Assembly (NCBI RefSeq): GCF_018977255.1
Contig: NW_024704752.1
Span: 6,076,001 to 6,140,000, forward strand
From: Callorhinchus milii
Taxonomy: Eukaryota
Length of the DNA stretch: 64,000 nt
Direction of reading: 5' to 3'
Positions within the stretch are counted from its first letter, which is position 1. Every line of letters begins with the position of its first letter. Below the pieces are notes generated by a model, which made no database searches, was not told where the DNA came from, and saw only the letters and a program-made list of their open reading frames with translations. A program made the translations under genes and the position numbers. Of this stretch, positions 11,885-25,397 are shown in pieces.

Positions 11885-13019
11885 TTGTTCTTTCATCGCA
11901 CTGTGCTCTGCCTCCCTGGAATACACACGAGGATTCAGAAAAGTGAAAACCATCCCTGAATATTATACGGTCCTAATCCCAATATGGTTCTATTATACGG
12001 TCCTAACTTTTCAAATAGGAAAGTTATGCGCAAACAATTTATAGAACCAAGTGTGTCAGAACAGAGGCAGATTGTTCAGCCAGCCCATCAGGCCTGTTTT
12101 GGTGTTTGTCTCCACCCAAGACACCTTGTGCTTGGTAATCTAGTCTTCAGATATCACTCGTTGGCTCACTTTATCTTGCTTCTCAGGTGTGTGTTATATC
12201 ATTTTTCAGCACCAGCAACTTTACCAGTTGTTTGCCAAAAATTCAAATTGCAGACTGTAAGCAATTTGGATTTTGGATAGGAAATAACAACAATAATTCT
12301 TGCATTTGATATAGCGCCCTTCACATCAGGCAGGTGTCTCAAAGGATTCACTCTAAAGTGTAGCCACTGTGATAGGTGAATGAGGCAGCCAGGTTGTACA
12401 CAACATTACAATACAATACAAATTTATATAGCGCCTTTCATATCAGGAGGACATCCCATAAACAGCTATGAAGTGAACAATTTATTTTTATCTGGGAGGT
12501 TGTCAGCCAAGACCCCGGGACAAACTTCTTTCTATTTTCAAATATGGCCATGGGATTTTTAATTTAAACTTGAACTGGCAGGTGTTGGGTTCCCCACTCC
12601 AGTCACACAACAAACAAACCCCAAGTATAATGAAGCGCGATTTAAAGGGGCTGTATTTACAGAAACCATTTTATATTGCTTGTCTGATCCCAGCTTCTGT
12701 GGTGAATTGTGGCAAGGCTTTCCACATTCTAATAATCCTAAGCTAAAAAAAAGCAACTTTATTTTACCCTCCTCTTTAGTTCTGAGTTTATGTGTCCTTT
12801 GACACCTATTCATCAACCAGCGGGAATAACCTCACTCATTTGTCAATTATTCATCTGCACTTGGCAATCTAATAACTTCATATTCCATAACACTAAAGGT
12901 TCCTGAATTCTCTTTTGGGATTAGGACCATATAATATTCAGGGATGGTTTTCGCTTTTCTGAATCCTCGGACTGAGTGTGCATTCCAGGGAGGCAGAGCA
13001 CAGTGCGATGAAAGAACAA
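11885..13019. repeat. Inverted duplication 1 (arms 11885-11982 and 12915-13019)
   Basis: Arms differ by 3 substitutions and one 7-nt indel. Spacer 932 bp. Confidence 0.97.
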
Positions 13020-13842
13020 AATGAAAGAAGTCGGAGAGGGAATATTTGGCACCATTCTTGCTCCTAGGGACCTGGGTTAAAATTTTATTGGGCTGAAAGC
13101 GTTCTCTTGCCATAATGATAATCATATTTAAAAAGACAAAACCTTTAAAAAAAGTTTATAAAAAGTATATAAGGAAGAGGCATGGAAATGAAACTGAGTG
13201 CTTAATTCTCACAAGAAGTCTGCAGAGAGTCGATGGGTCTCTTCGGTGCTATAAACCTCAGATTCTGTAAATATTTAAACATACAAACGCATCACCAATT
13301 CAACATTATGATCCAGACATGCTCAGAGAGACCAAGAGGTTGGCTGGTGTGTGAAACAGTCAAACTTACATTTGTGGTCCTCTAATACAAAGATTGTTAC
13401 ATATTCAGGAGAGAATGAAAGAAGTTTAACTCCAATCGGGGGTGGGCTAAGCGAAGAGTCAAGCACCCACCACATAAAACTGATGATTCACTTCATCCAC
13501 CGTTTCACATTTGTCTACAAAACAAAAGACAATATACTTTACAGTAAATCCTATGAAGCGTTCTGCAATATCCTTCTGACCTGAATGGTGCTATATCAAA
13601 TGCAGGGATTATTATTATTACTACTAAGCCAGCTCCATCACATAAAGAGGGGAGAAAACTGGCAAAATATCAAGTACAAAAGACTCTGACAGCTGGCATT
13701 GTCACATGTCCTAAGGATGCTCATTGTCTGGGCTCACACACACAGAATGGTCATTTGGCAGAGATGCCGAACAGTGGCCAAAGCCTATGAAAACAGTACC
13801 GCAGCAGGAACCGGAACCTCATTGAGCAGAAAGATGGAAAAT

Positions 13843-14010
13843 TAATAATAATAATCCTTGCATTTGATATAGTGTCTTTTCACGCCTATGGGATATATCA
13901 AATCGATTCACAGAATATATTGTAAAGTGTACCGACTGTGTATTTTGTGGGTGAAACGTGGCAGGCAATTGTGCACAGCAGTGTCCCACAAATAGTCGCG
14001 AAACTGAATT
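13843..14010 (-). mobile_element. SINE family A 3' half
   Basis: (AAT)n-CCTTGCATTTGATATAG..CAGCAGTGTCCCACAAA. Confidence 0.88.
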
Positions 14011-14799
14011 GAATAAAAATAGGTGCACAACGTGATATTTTCTAAACAGGAAGGCTGTCTCTTTAAGACAAAAGATAAGGCACTGACTTCCTGACCAGAA
14101 AATAATTATGCTAAACCTTCCATCAATACACAGGACAATCTAAATAATAATGCTTTTCTCACCTTTCCCCCCAGCATCTTAGATCAGTTGCAATGTACAC
14201 AAGAACTCCCACTGCTTGTTTGTTTTTGCTCAAGATCGTTGCCTGAAGCGTTCAAATAATTAAGATAAAGTAATAACAGAACAGAATTAAGATCAGATAA
14301 ATTAATGTGAAATAGAAATGCAATTCATTCCAGATGACAGCTGGCAAAAACCCTTCACTAGCTCCTCAGAAATCCAAATATCATCTTGGTGACATTAGAC
14401 AATGTGACTATCATATACAGGATACATTTCCGTGCTCAAGAGGCGAGGGATGTCAGTGACACATTAATACATTAATACCATGAGCCTGTTTCATTGAGCT
14501 AGCTTTGTTAATCATCATCTCTCAATTCTGGACATCTGTTTCCTCTGACATTCCCTCCCAGTACCTTTAAAAGCACAAGGCAACACATATATTTTAGTCT
14601 GCACCTCTCTCTCTCTATTTCTCATTTACAATGGATCACACCTCAAAGTGGTCCGAGTGCTACATCTGAATTTCTTTTCGCACGCTTTCCTTATGATATA
14701 CTTTCTATATATATATATACACACACACGAGATGCCTTGTGTTTGATATATAGTGTCATAGGCAAAGTTATAGGTAAATAGTATATAATGCCATAGGTA

Positions 14800-15510
14800 A
14801 AGTTATGGAGAATTTATGATTCAGAAAATGGGGTTTACCATGCAGGAACAGAAATCGTAAATGGGCGAACCAGAAGCACAATTCATCGTAATGTCCTTCA
14901 TGTTACCCAGAATCAGCACCAAGAGGTTGTTGAGATGTGGAACGCTCTGCCCCAGAAAGTTGTAGACACAGAATCAAAAGGGATGGTTCAAAGAGAGATA
15001 GACAGAGATTTGGGTATAAGTTCAGAATCCTGGGATTTTAACGCCCCATATCCTGGGTTCTCATGGTCATTCTCCGCACCAGCGGTGTCCTGCAGAGAGC
15101 GCGTCCCTCCATGAGGACGGTGTCCGGGAGGTTTACTTACAAGTACACAGTCACTTCACTTCACTATAAAATCCGGTGAAGCAATTTGACACATTTCAAC
15201 AAGGTGGTAAGGTGCTATATCAAATGCAAGAATTATTTTACAAGAGAATTATTACAAATTGAGAATTATCAGAAGAGTGAATGGGAACATTTTGAACATG
15301 TTCAATAATGATAGGTTGTTAGATTGAGCAAGGTTAAAATTAGAAATGATTGAAGTTGAGTTCATTAACAATCTTTTTTAATAAATATTGGAAAAACAAT
15401 CTTCAAAGTGAGTGGGAAAAGAACAGGGAACTTGGATTGGAGCACATAACCCGATGAGGGAGCTAGTGCCAGCACAGACATGATGGGGTGTATGACTTCC
15501 ATCTGCGTTA
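14800..15510 (+). mobile_element. Cluster of old CR1 3' fragments with an intervening SINE tail (15135-15240)
   Basis: GAGATGTGGAACGCTCTGCCCCAG (MWNALP motif). 3'UTR GAGCTAGTGCCAGCACAGACATGATGGGGTG. Confidence 0.65.
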
Positions 15511-16036
15511 TAGCCTTTTGGGGGGCTTTGCTGCACCACTCTATTGGCAATTCTCTTGCTCTGCATCTCACTATCATTTTCTTCCTCTGGCATGCAATGC
15601 AGCTTCTCTCTCTCTCTCCCTCCCTCACTCATCAGCTAGTAGATACTTTGATTTCTTGCCATCTGAATTAGTGCCAATCATTCAATAAATGTCCACAAAC
15701 AGATTTAGATAAATATAAGTTTCAGTGATGTTGAGGAAAGGGTGAAAAATGTGGTAATATTTTTAAGTGAAGTCTTTAGATGCTTTTTCATAAAACTGAT
15801 GTACCACATCCTGTCAACAATACAAAGCTTATGGAAGCATTAAAATAAACACTAGACTAATTCATTAAACAAGCAAGAACTTCACGAACCATCAAATTTA
15901 CACACATTCATTCATTCTGGGGAGAAATTAGATATTACAAAAATGGGGCTTCAATTCATCTTGAAGGCCAGTTAATGAATGGTACAGCCACAGACTGGAG
16001 GTGGGTTACCTGATATCTTTACTTGACCATTTAAAA

Positions 16037-16332
16037 ATAATAACAGTACTAGTGGCATTTCATATAGCGCCTCATCACGCTGTTGAGACATCTCAAAGTG
16101 CTTCACATGATATACAGCAAACACAACTTGCATTTATATAGCACTCTTCATGCAGCGTAGCCTCCCGGAGCATTTGTATATACTGTAAAGTGGAGTGATT
16201 GTATTTTGTGATCGACACGCTGGCAAACCGTTTGTGCATTGCAATTTCCCACAAACAGCCATGGAGTGAGTGACCAATTTTATCTGGGGGGATCGATGGC
16301 CAGTACACTGGGAGAAACTCCCTTCTCTTTTC
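16037..16332 (-). mobile_element. Deu-type SINE interrupted by a 56-bp L2 tail (16122-16177) with imperfect 12-bp TSD
   Basis: ATATACAGCAAA [CACAACTTGCATTTATATAGC..CCCGGAGC] ATATACTGTAAA. Confidence 0.8.
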
Positions 16333-16384
16333 TCCACAAGAGATAGGGGAACAGGTTAAGGTCCACATTCCATGGCGCCTTGTC

Positions 16385-16670
16385 CTAACAACCCATAATA
16401 TTATCTCCAGCCTTGCATCATCACGGCTTGCACATTCCACCACTGTGGGCTGGTCCGAAATGTTTGCCTTTAATGTTTTCAAGATGTTCATCTTGTAATA
16501 ACAACAGTGAACCTGACTCCTACAGACCTTGATGGAATTGAAAACCAAACTATGTCAGTCAGTTAGAGAGTGTCATCTCGCAGAAACTTCATAAGACAGA
16601 CACTCAGGTTGAAAAAGGAAAATAGTATTTCTGACAAGGAGGTTCGATAGACAACGCAAGCATTCCTGGT
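16385..16670. mobile_element. Possible RTE-clade LINE relic in two divergent pieces
   Basis: Minus strand gives YKMNILKTLKANIS..VECASRDDA; plus strand gives RQTLRLKKENSISDKEVR. Both resemble degraded RTE C-terminal motifs. Confidence 0.4.
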
Positions 16671-17593
16671 CAACAATGCGCTAAATAAAAAAAATTGGTC
16701 CTTCACTTTGTGGCTGTTTGTGGAACATTATAGTGCCCAAATTAGTTGCAGATTTCATCTACAAATTGCACAGTCACTCAACTTCACAGTGAAGTGCTTT
16801 GAGATGTCCTCCAGACGTGAAAGCGCCTGCATCAAATGTAAGGATTACTGTTATTCCTCACCTCTCTATCACCCAGAAATATTGGAGTCAAAGGAGAGAA
16901 CAACTGGTGCCTGTCTCAGAGGTAGTGCCTTCATACTGTCATTGTTAATCCAAAGCACACATTTCTTATACTTATGAAATTTGGAGTTCAATCACTGTAA
17001 ACTTTATCCATATTAAACTCAGAAAGATTATTCATTATGTAAAAGAATATAATTGTACAATTCTGCTGTTAACATGATTAATATATTCAAACAGAATAAC
17101 AGAAAATGATTTTTCCGAGAACTAAAATAAAACACAAGTTTCTTTTGGCCAAAAGGGCACATTAATTTGAGTGACAATTATAACATACTAAAAATATAAT
17201 AATAATCCTGGCACTTGATAATTTTGCATTTCACATGATGTGAGAACATCTCACAGCACTTTGCAGGATAAAATGTAGTGACAGTATATTTTGTAGGCAA
17301 ATGTGAAGGCCAATTTGTGCGTGGGGATTGAACCTGTAACCTTCTGACTCTAAGCAGAGAGTTCTACTAACTGAGCCAGGCTGATACCAAAATATCCTCA
17401 TTAGAGCTAATGTATGTAGGTGGAGTTCCACCATTTAAAATTTCATTCTTTATCAAGCTCAACAACAATTTGCATTCATATAGCGCCTTTCATGTTGGGA
17501 GGATGATACACTCAATGGAGCAGAGCAGTAGAGAGATCAGGCGCTACCCATACATAAATCACTAAAGGTGGGATGGCAGATACAGAAATTCAG

Positions 17594-17972
17594 CAACAAC
17601 AACTTGCACTTATATAGCGCCCTCCACGGAGGGTAGCGTATCAGAGCGTTTAACAGTGGCGGATCCTGACTCCGAGCCAAGGGATGGGGAGGTGGCCATA
17701 AGCATGGTCAAAGAGGAAGGTTTTCAGGCGGGACTTGAAAAAGGGGAAGTAGGGGGCAAGGCGGAGGGATTGAAGGAAAGTGTTCCACAGTTTCGGGGGT
17801 AGTGGCTGAAAGCTTGACCTCCGATGGTGGGGCGGAGAGTGCAAGGATCCAGTAACAGTTGAGCAGAAGTGCCAGGTAGTGGATTTGGGAGAGAGGAGGT
17901 CAGAGAGGTAGGGAGGTGCCAAAGAGTGAATGGATTTGAACATGTGTGTGAGGATCTTGAAGTCAAAATTCA
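17594..17972 (-). mobile_element. L2 LINE 3' end
   Basis: Translation FKILTHMFKSIHSLAPPYLSDLL..LWNTFLQSLRLA..FKSRLKTFLF, plus (GTT)n tail. Confidence 0.92.
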
Positions 17973-17989
17973 TCAAGAAAGTAACTGTG

Positions 17990-18595
17990 ATTCCAGCATT
18001 GATAAACTGAGGTGTTGAACATAAATGTAAAGAACGTGTGTTGAAATTGCAAAGGAAATTGGTTGTCCCTGCAGTTGTGTTCAGCTATGTTCTCCTCCAT
18101 TACAGGAAGGATGTCATAGGGATGGAGAGAGTGCAGCACAGATTCTAGGTATGAGACAAAATACACATAATGAAGGGCTGAGCTAAACATGGTCCATTTA
18201 CACTGGAGCAGAAGAGTTTGAGCAAGGATATGATAGAGATGTTTAAGATAATGAAGAGGTATGGCAGAATACATAGATAGGGGGGAAAATGTTCATCCTA
18301 GTTTGGAAATTGATGACAAAGTGGCACAGTCTGAGGATTATTAGCAGAAACATGACGAGTGAGATTTTGAGGAATTTCCTCACTCAGAGACTTGTCAGGA
18401 ATTCAATCCCACAGGGCTATTGAGGCGGATCGATAGAATTGTTTAAAAAGTTGCAGTAAAAACATAAAGGATGTGGGGAGAAAGCTGGAAAGCAGGAACA
18501 ACTCAAAAAATAAAACAATTTACAAAACCCATTGGCAGTGGCACAGATGTGAGGGTCTGAATACTTTTTGTCTGTGCACAAAATCTCCATGTTCC
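17990..18595 (+). mobile_element. CR1 LINE 3' fragment
   Basis: Degraded RKDVIGMERVQ..FTLEQKSLSKDMIEMFKIM ORF2 end followed by 3'UTR. Confidence 0.85.
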
Positions 18596-19329
18596 TATCT
18601 CTTACATTACTGGAGATGATATATTAATGAAAGGTGCGAATTACATTGAATTTTAAATGCACATATTAAGTTTGCTAAGTTTGCTAAGAGTTTTCTGTGG
18701 CATTACACTGAAAATGGTTTACATCTCTTCCGCTGATAAAGCCCCTCGTAATATCCAGTTAGTGCAGCTTCAATGTTACTTTAGTACTTCCTGAAATCTA
18801 TAATAACCTTTTATTGCTCTCCGGTTGCTAACCCGTATTAGTATTGTCCCAGAGATGAATTCAGGTCTCTTCACAGCACCGTATCCATTTCAAACTGTAA
18901 CCGTGGGAAAAGGGAGGAGCTATGTCAGAATTTAAAATTTCATTCAAACTCCATAATTGAGCAAGGTAAGATGATTGGGAGAAAGAGGATAGAATCACAG
19001 AATATTACAGCATAGTTAGAAATATCAGTGGCTATTAACATGAACGAGAAAGGTAGTTATTTAGTTACAAAAGGCTTTTCTTTTTCTCTGTTACTGTTAC
19101 AAAAAAATTTTTCCCAGTGTCCTGGTTAACTCCAGATAAGAGTGATCAATCCATTCATGACTGAGTGTTTGTGAGGCATGTCAGTGCACAAATTGCCTGT
19201 GCTCACCAAACGTAGCCTCAAAGGGCTTCACTCGTATTAATGCTGAACAAACTTCACTGTGGATGACAGACAACAAAGCAAAATAGGCAATTTCAAAGAC
19301 AACTTGGCTCAATGTTAGGAAAGTATTAA

Positions 19330-19565
19330 GTGTGATGCCTCAGAACAAGAGGGCACAGGTTCCGGGTTATGAAGAGCAAGTTTAGAAAAGACACCAGGAA
19401 GTATTTCTGTCACACTGAGTACAATCAACAGCTGGAATGGGTTATCAAGAAAGGCCATCACCCTGGATTCTCTTAGAAACAGCTTGATTTGGTCCTGGGA
19501 AGACAGTAGGACTGAAAAGGATGAGATCAAAAGGCCTTCTTCATTCAAACCTTTCTTGTGATCTC
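19330..19565 (+). mobile_element. CR1 LINE 3' end
   Basis: AACAGCTGGAATGGGTTATCA..AAAAGGCCTTCTTCATTCAAACCTTTCTTGTGATC. Same family as 38690-38935. Confidence 0.8.
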
Positions 19566-20039
19566 AACTTATGTCTGCTCCATTCTTTGAGAATGGGATA
19601 CGATGGATATTGCAGTTGCAGAAGGGTTAAAGGGGTTGTATCGCATTACAAAATAATCTTACAAGCCAAAACCTCCACAGGAAATGAAGACATCCAACAT
19701 GATGCCAATCACAGAGTCTAGAACCCATTTTGCTATTGGCATGCCTTTGAACACTTGCAAAGACAACAACGACAAGGCAGTTGTGAGATTAAAGCTGTCA
19801 ATCTTGCTGTGTCATGTCAATGAGACTGGACGAGACTGCTTTCCAATTGGTTGAAACAATTTTGAGACATGGAAAAAGTATTTTCTCACACAGTAGAAAC
19901 ACACATTCTACACAGTTTATAGCGATACATTACTTCCCCTCTAAGGATTGCCCATTTCCTCTATTAAGTTATGTTTTCATTATTAGTGCAAAATAGACCC
20001 CACAGTTTGCGATCACATTTCATTTCAACCCATTCTGTA

Positions 20040-20290
20040 ATGGGAATAGCTGAGGTTCACAGGAAAGGCACTGGATGATCCAGGGTTTGCATCCAAGCTG
20101 AGGTGGGGGAGGGGTGAAAGATGGCCAAAAATGTGAACAAGGAGGAAGGTCTTGAGGTGGACCTTGAAGAAAGTGAGGGAAGGGGCAAGTCGAAAGGATG
20201 GAGTTCCAGAGAGTTAGGGCAGATACACTAAAAGCTAGACTGCCAATGGTGGAGAGGGTGTGGTGGGAGACGTGAAGCAGGCCGTGTTAT
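20040..20290 (-). mobile_element. L2 LINE 3' fragment
   Basis: GAGGAAGGTCTTGAGGTGGACCTTGAAG..GAGTTCCAGAG. Confidence 0.8.
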
Positions 20291-20559
20291 AAGGTGTTAA
20301 TAGGCGATATATATGTCAAACTCAGAGTACTGGTGAGAAGATCACATGCAGCAATTTAGATTCCTGCTGTCTTATGTTTTTTTTCAAAAGTACATTCCTG
20401 CGTTCCTATTAAGATACCTCACGTGAAATTATCAAAACAATGGTGAGGTCAATGGACCCAGCCTCACACGTCAAGCACAGGAATGAATTGTCACATGGCA
20501 AAGATTTTACTTCACCCTCAGAACCAAGTCAATACTAAGTTTTCTCCAAGAACGAGTTT

Positions 20560-21060
20560 CGTTATGTGATTAATTAGAATCTAACAGCATTTAGTGTTAT
20601 TTCCATTAATTAATACCAGAAACCTTAATCGCTCATAATTGATGATCTGCGATCTGGTAAGTGACTTTTTTAAAAATCAATAAAACAAGCCGTTAATAGC
20701 CTGTAATCTAAGCAGTCATTAGCAATTAATTGCTACCCATTAGTAAAAATAAGTATCAACGCACTAAATTGTTCTATATTGATCAAGGTTGTAGCGAGAT
20801 TCATAAACCCTTGATTCTTATACATTAACCTTGAGGTGCTTTGTGAATCTGCTGTGGATCACATTAAATTCTCACTCACCTAAGAAGCAAGTTGAATACT
20901 CAGTTCCCGTTGAGTGGACAGTTACATATAAATGCCTATGGGGTGAACAGTATTATGCAGCCGTCAATTCTTTAACTTTATCAGCTTCGTGAGCTGGTTA
21001 ATAATAGATCTATGGAATGTGTGATTTATATTCATTGTATGTATTAACAAGAGCTTCCTA
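20560..21060. promoter_or_regulatory. Candidate conserved non-coding element (homeodomain-site rich)
   Basis: Repeat-free, with many TAAT/ATTA cores and a perfect 16-bp palindrome TAGCAATTAATTGCTA at 20720-20735. Conservation cannot be tested here. Confidence 0.4.
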
Positions 21061-21865
21061 TACCCAATCCAGATAAATTGCCAAGTGTTCAACACAATGT
21101 AGGGCGCAGCAGCTAAAGCAGGGCATTGTTACTGGTTCAGGCTGCCATTGGCTTTTGGGCAGTGCCATTTGCAACGAGCCACATGACCAGATATTGTCCT
21201 CAGGAGCGAGGCTGGATCTCAAGGTCCAAAACGTTGAGTGGCTTGTCTACAATACCAGGCTTTTTATGGCTGTAGAATGCAGGAAAATAGAGGCAGCAGC
21301 ACACATTATAATACTAATTAAGATTTTCAGATCAGATTGTAAATGCCCTGACATCATTACAACTGTCGTTCAAACCCCAGGATTAGGTTACATCGTTGAA
21401 ATCAGTCAGTGGGTCATTTGGAAACTTTGTTTTCTGCAAGGGCTTGCACGATAATTTACCAGAGAAGGCTACTAAAATTCAAGGATGGGTTTATGTAGAG
21501 AGCCAGCCATTTGGATTATGGTGAGAGGGGGGTAAAGTGAGAACGATAGTATTGATACAGAGCCATTCACATCGAGAGGACTTCGCCAAAGCATTTCACA
21601 GGATTTACTGTAAAGTGTCGTGACTGTGCATTTTGTAGGCGAATCAATGGAAATGCTGATTGGGCCAAGAAGCCTGTTCGTCTAATAATGGTTATTTCTT
21701 ATAATAAACATGTTTTAACTCTTGAACCTCCATAGGGTCCAGGGGAACCCACCCAACCTGTCTCCCTGAGCTCAGAAAGTCCGTACATTTTCAGTTTGTG
21801 CACTCAATGCTCAAAATAACACAATCAAAGCTATTCAACGCCAGAAGATTTTATGACTGCAACAT

Positions 21866-22080
21866 AAACAACAACAACTTGCATTTGTATAGCACCCTTC
21901 ACATAGGACTATGTGAAGGATGCTTTACAAATGAGCGCTTCACAGGAGTAGGGTTGGACGCAGAGCAAGGAGGGGAAAGGGGAGATGGCCATAGAGATAG
22001 GATTTAAGGCGAGATTTAAAGACAGAAAGAGACGGAGGGGCTGGGGGGAGATGGAGTGGTAGAGGGAGGGAGGATGATCC
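21866..22080 (-). mobile_element. L2 3' tail and fragment
   Basis: CAACAACAACTTGCATTTGTATAGCACCCTTCAC tail. Confidence 0.7.
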
Positions 22081-23649
22081 AGTAGTTATTAACTGCAAGC
22101 AAGTGAAAATTAAACTTTTAATATTAAAACAAAATCTGTTCGCCCCGACGTTATAATTGTCCCTTCCTCCATTTTCTTTCCGTTTTCTTTTCTATTCAAA
22201 ACTTCCGTTTGACATTATTGTTTACCCAGCCTAACCCATTATTCCTTTGGCAGGTGGGATGATTTTTAAAAAAAAGTTATCTTTTCGCGGAGGTGACAGA
22301 TTAACATAAAACCATTGACCATTTATTTACAACACAGGAGGAGGCCATTCTATCCACCGTGTCTGTGCTGCTGCTCACAAGCCCAATGAATCTCCACTCC
22401 AACCCCTGCACATTTCCAAATCCATTAACATAATTTTCCCTCAAGTAACCAGTTTCCTTTTCAATGTTGTCACGGATGTCTGAGATGTGATGGTTACATT
22501 TAACGCCTTGGGACATCCTGCTGACATGAAAGGTGCTGTATAAATGCAATTTGATGTTGATGAATGCTGGGTGCATTGCATTTATCTTTGAACATTAAAT
22601 AATAACTACAAGAAGTATGGCTGCTTGTGGGACATTGCCATGTAAATTGGACTGCAAAGATATAATCACTCCATTTTTGTAATAAATCCTGCGAAGCGTT
22701 TAAAGACGACTCTAAATGCTTCACCAAATACCAGGCCAAATACAAAGACTATTATTATTTCGAGTCAAGATTGCATGGCAGTTCAAATCTAGTTTACCAA
22801 TAATACATAGTATCATCCCAGATATTGGCTGGGCAGCCATTCAAGGTGAATCGTTCCACCAATGCTGTGCGCTGGTCTTTGATCCATGAATACACTGTGC
22901 AGTCAGGAAAAGGCTCATTCATCCGGAGAGGACCCAGGCAAGTTATAGACAGTGCACCGAAGATTAACGGCATTTTAATTCAAATTTGGGCCAAATTTAT
23001 GATCATTTCACTGCCCACTGAATCATCCGTGTGCTGATATTCACACCCAATATTAATGATTGTGGAATCATTACTCAATAGGCAATTTAAATGTAATTAC
23101 CGGGAAAAAGATCAAGTGCTGGATGTGATATAAATAGATAACTCACTTCTGTGATGTGCAATGAGAAAACCCACTGAAGGTTCCTCAATAAGATATCAAA
23201 CTCTGACATTTTAGTTTCCTAAAGACAGGTGGAAAATCAGCAATTCCTGAGAAGTAATCCACAGAACAAATTGATTTGTTATGTTAGAACGACGCAATAA
23301 TCGCACTCAGTTTAGAACTGTGAAAGTGTAAGTGAATTCCAAGATATGTTCTCACTGCTACTGATTTCTTATATCGTGCAGGCTCCACTTCAGTGAGGTG
23401 AGCTAATGTGCACTGTGGACACATACCAAGCCAATGAGGTTTTACAATGGTTGAAGCAGGTGTTACAAATCACTTGTACAGTGTGGAGAAAGGCTTGTTA
23501 CTGGTGAGGTGTGTATTAAGTTTCTCGTAGGCAATATCTGTGACAGTGGGGACAAGATTTTGAGATGCAGATTGATTTGGCAACTTAAATCGAAGAATGA
23601 TTAAGTCAATGATACTGAATAACATAATTAGAACAATAGAAAAAATGAA

Positions 23650-23880
23650 CAGCAATGGTGTATGATGGTCTGGTAAGACATGTAACATACATATAAAGCA
23701 CTCTATAATGATTTGTATGAAATAAGTACACTATATGTATGAAATATACTATGTGAACCAAGTGTGCCACAGGTATGAAGTACACAAACATATTAAGTAT
23801 ATAAGCACATAAATATACCACACATATGAAGTATGTAGTATGAAGCAGGTAAGAGGTATATTACATACATGAAGGATACC
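23650..23880. repeat. Degenerate AT-rich minisatellite (TATGAAGTA-like units)
   Basis: Recurrent TATGAA/GTAC/ATATAC motifs. Confidence 0.6.
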
Positions 23881-24504
23881 ACATCACACGCTGGATATCT
23901 ATGGTTTTATTAGTCTCCAAACATCCCAGTTTAACTCGATTTAACCGTCACTATTGGTCCGGAAACCTTATTAAACACTGCAGCTGTTTAAAGAGTAGGA
24001 ATTTTTATAAGTTCACCACTAATAATATCATCAAAGGCAAATCTATTTGAGTGACTGGATGGTTGTGTTCATTTGCTTACCAGTTGCGAATAGTTTCATG
24101 TTACAGGATTAGTGTGCAGAAATCTAGACTAACCGTGCCAAGCTTGCTGCAGCTGTGTCGCATTTGCTTTCTCCTCAAGTGTACGTGAATGCGAGTGTGC
24201 AGATTTAAATGTAGCCGGCATGAAATCCTCCAGGTGACAGACTTAATTTGCTGTCATAACATATGTAGCCCAGGACGAGGTCATCACAGATACACACGTG
24301 AACTGTAACCCTTTGGAGTATTGCAACCCAACTCAGAAACCCAAGATCGTTTTTAATTTAAACAAGAAAGTTTCAGCCGTCAACACCACGTCAACATGAA
24401 CCCGTTAACAATTATATAAGAATTTTGTGTGTGTGTGTTGGGGAGTAATTTGACAGCAGCGATAGTTTTTTTAAAAAAATTCTTGCTTTCTTCAAACAAA
24501 TTTT

Positions 24505-24740
24505 AACAATAATGTTTTCATTCGACATAGCACCATTCACATCGGGAGGTTGTCTCAAAACGCTTCACAGGATTTACTGTAACAATAACATCTTGCATTT
24601 ATATAGCACTCTTCACACTGGGCAGTGTCTTAGAGAGTTTAAGTTGGAAGGACATCCCAAAGCGCTTCACAAGATATACTGTAAAGTGCAGTGACTGTGT
24701 GTTTTGGTGGGTGAACATTATTGTGGGAAAATTGACCTAT
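24505..24740 (-). mobile_element. SINE 3' region(s) with an inserted L2 tail (24583-24642)
   Basis: ..TTCACAGGATTTACTGTAA [CAATAACATCTTGCATTTATATAGC..] ..TTCACAAGATATACTGTAAAG. Confidence 0.75.
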
Positions 24741-25397
24741 TTTTTAGTGCAGGAAGCTGGCTAACTAGCACCAGAAGCCAAGCTTCCAGTTACACAGGAC
24801 ACCCCCACTGTAAGCAAGCCAACACTAATAAGGAAGCATGATAAGATTGCCATTTTATTGCCTGGCAGTGGAACACAGTTTGAGGCTGCCCAACTTACAG
24901 CATAGGTAGAATCCTTCACATCATCAAACAGAGGAGACATTCATTCCACTGCTGTGGGCAGGATTCATGCCCAGGTTCTTTAAATGAAGAAGAGTTCACT
25001 AACAGCGTGTTTCATCCCTTCAATAGCAAATTTCACACCTGCACATCAGCTGTAGAATAAATATTTTATGTTTCCTTATTTCTGCCGTTTGCCCTGCCTT
25101 CCTGCCAATTGCCAGAACCCATGACCACAGGTCAGTCAATGTGACAGTAAGGTGGCATGACCACAGCATGGGTCTCGCCACAAAAACGTTTACAATCTTT
25201 CAAATGGGCAACATCACAGAGAACATTTTCCCATATAAATCCAATGATTCATTAGATCTGACCTGCACATCAGCAGCTTATTTGCTGTTGATACATCAGC
25301 AATGAAGTGTCGACATCCATAATTACAAGAAATCAGCACTGGCCTGCAGCCACGCTAACGGGGAGTAAATCTAGTGCCTCGCTGAGAAGTGCACAGA

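Noticed and set aside
11885-13019. Interpretation of the inverted pairs as MITE/DNA-transposon TIRs
   Set aside because: No TSDs or superfamily-type termini are seen, the four pairs are unrelated, and one arm lies inside a colinear CR1. Not fully excluded without a genome-wide search.
14163-14242. Minus-strand exon candidates with good donors (here, and at ~20880, ~48640, ~51370)
   Set aside because: The peptides are unrecognisable and the acceptors mediocre. Such sites are expected by chance in 64 kb.
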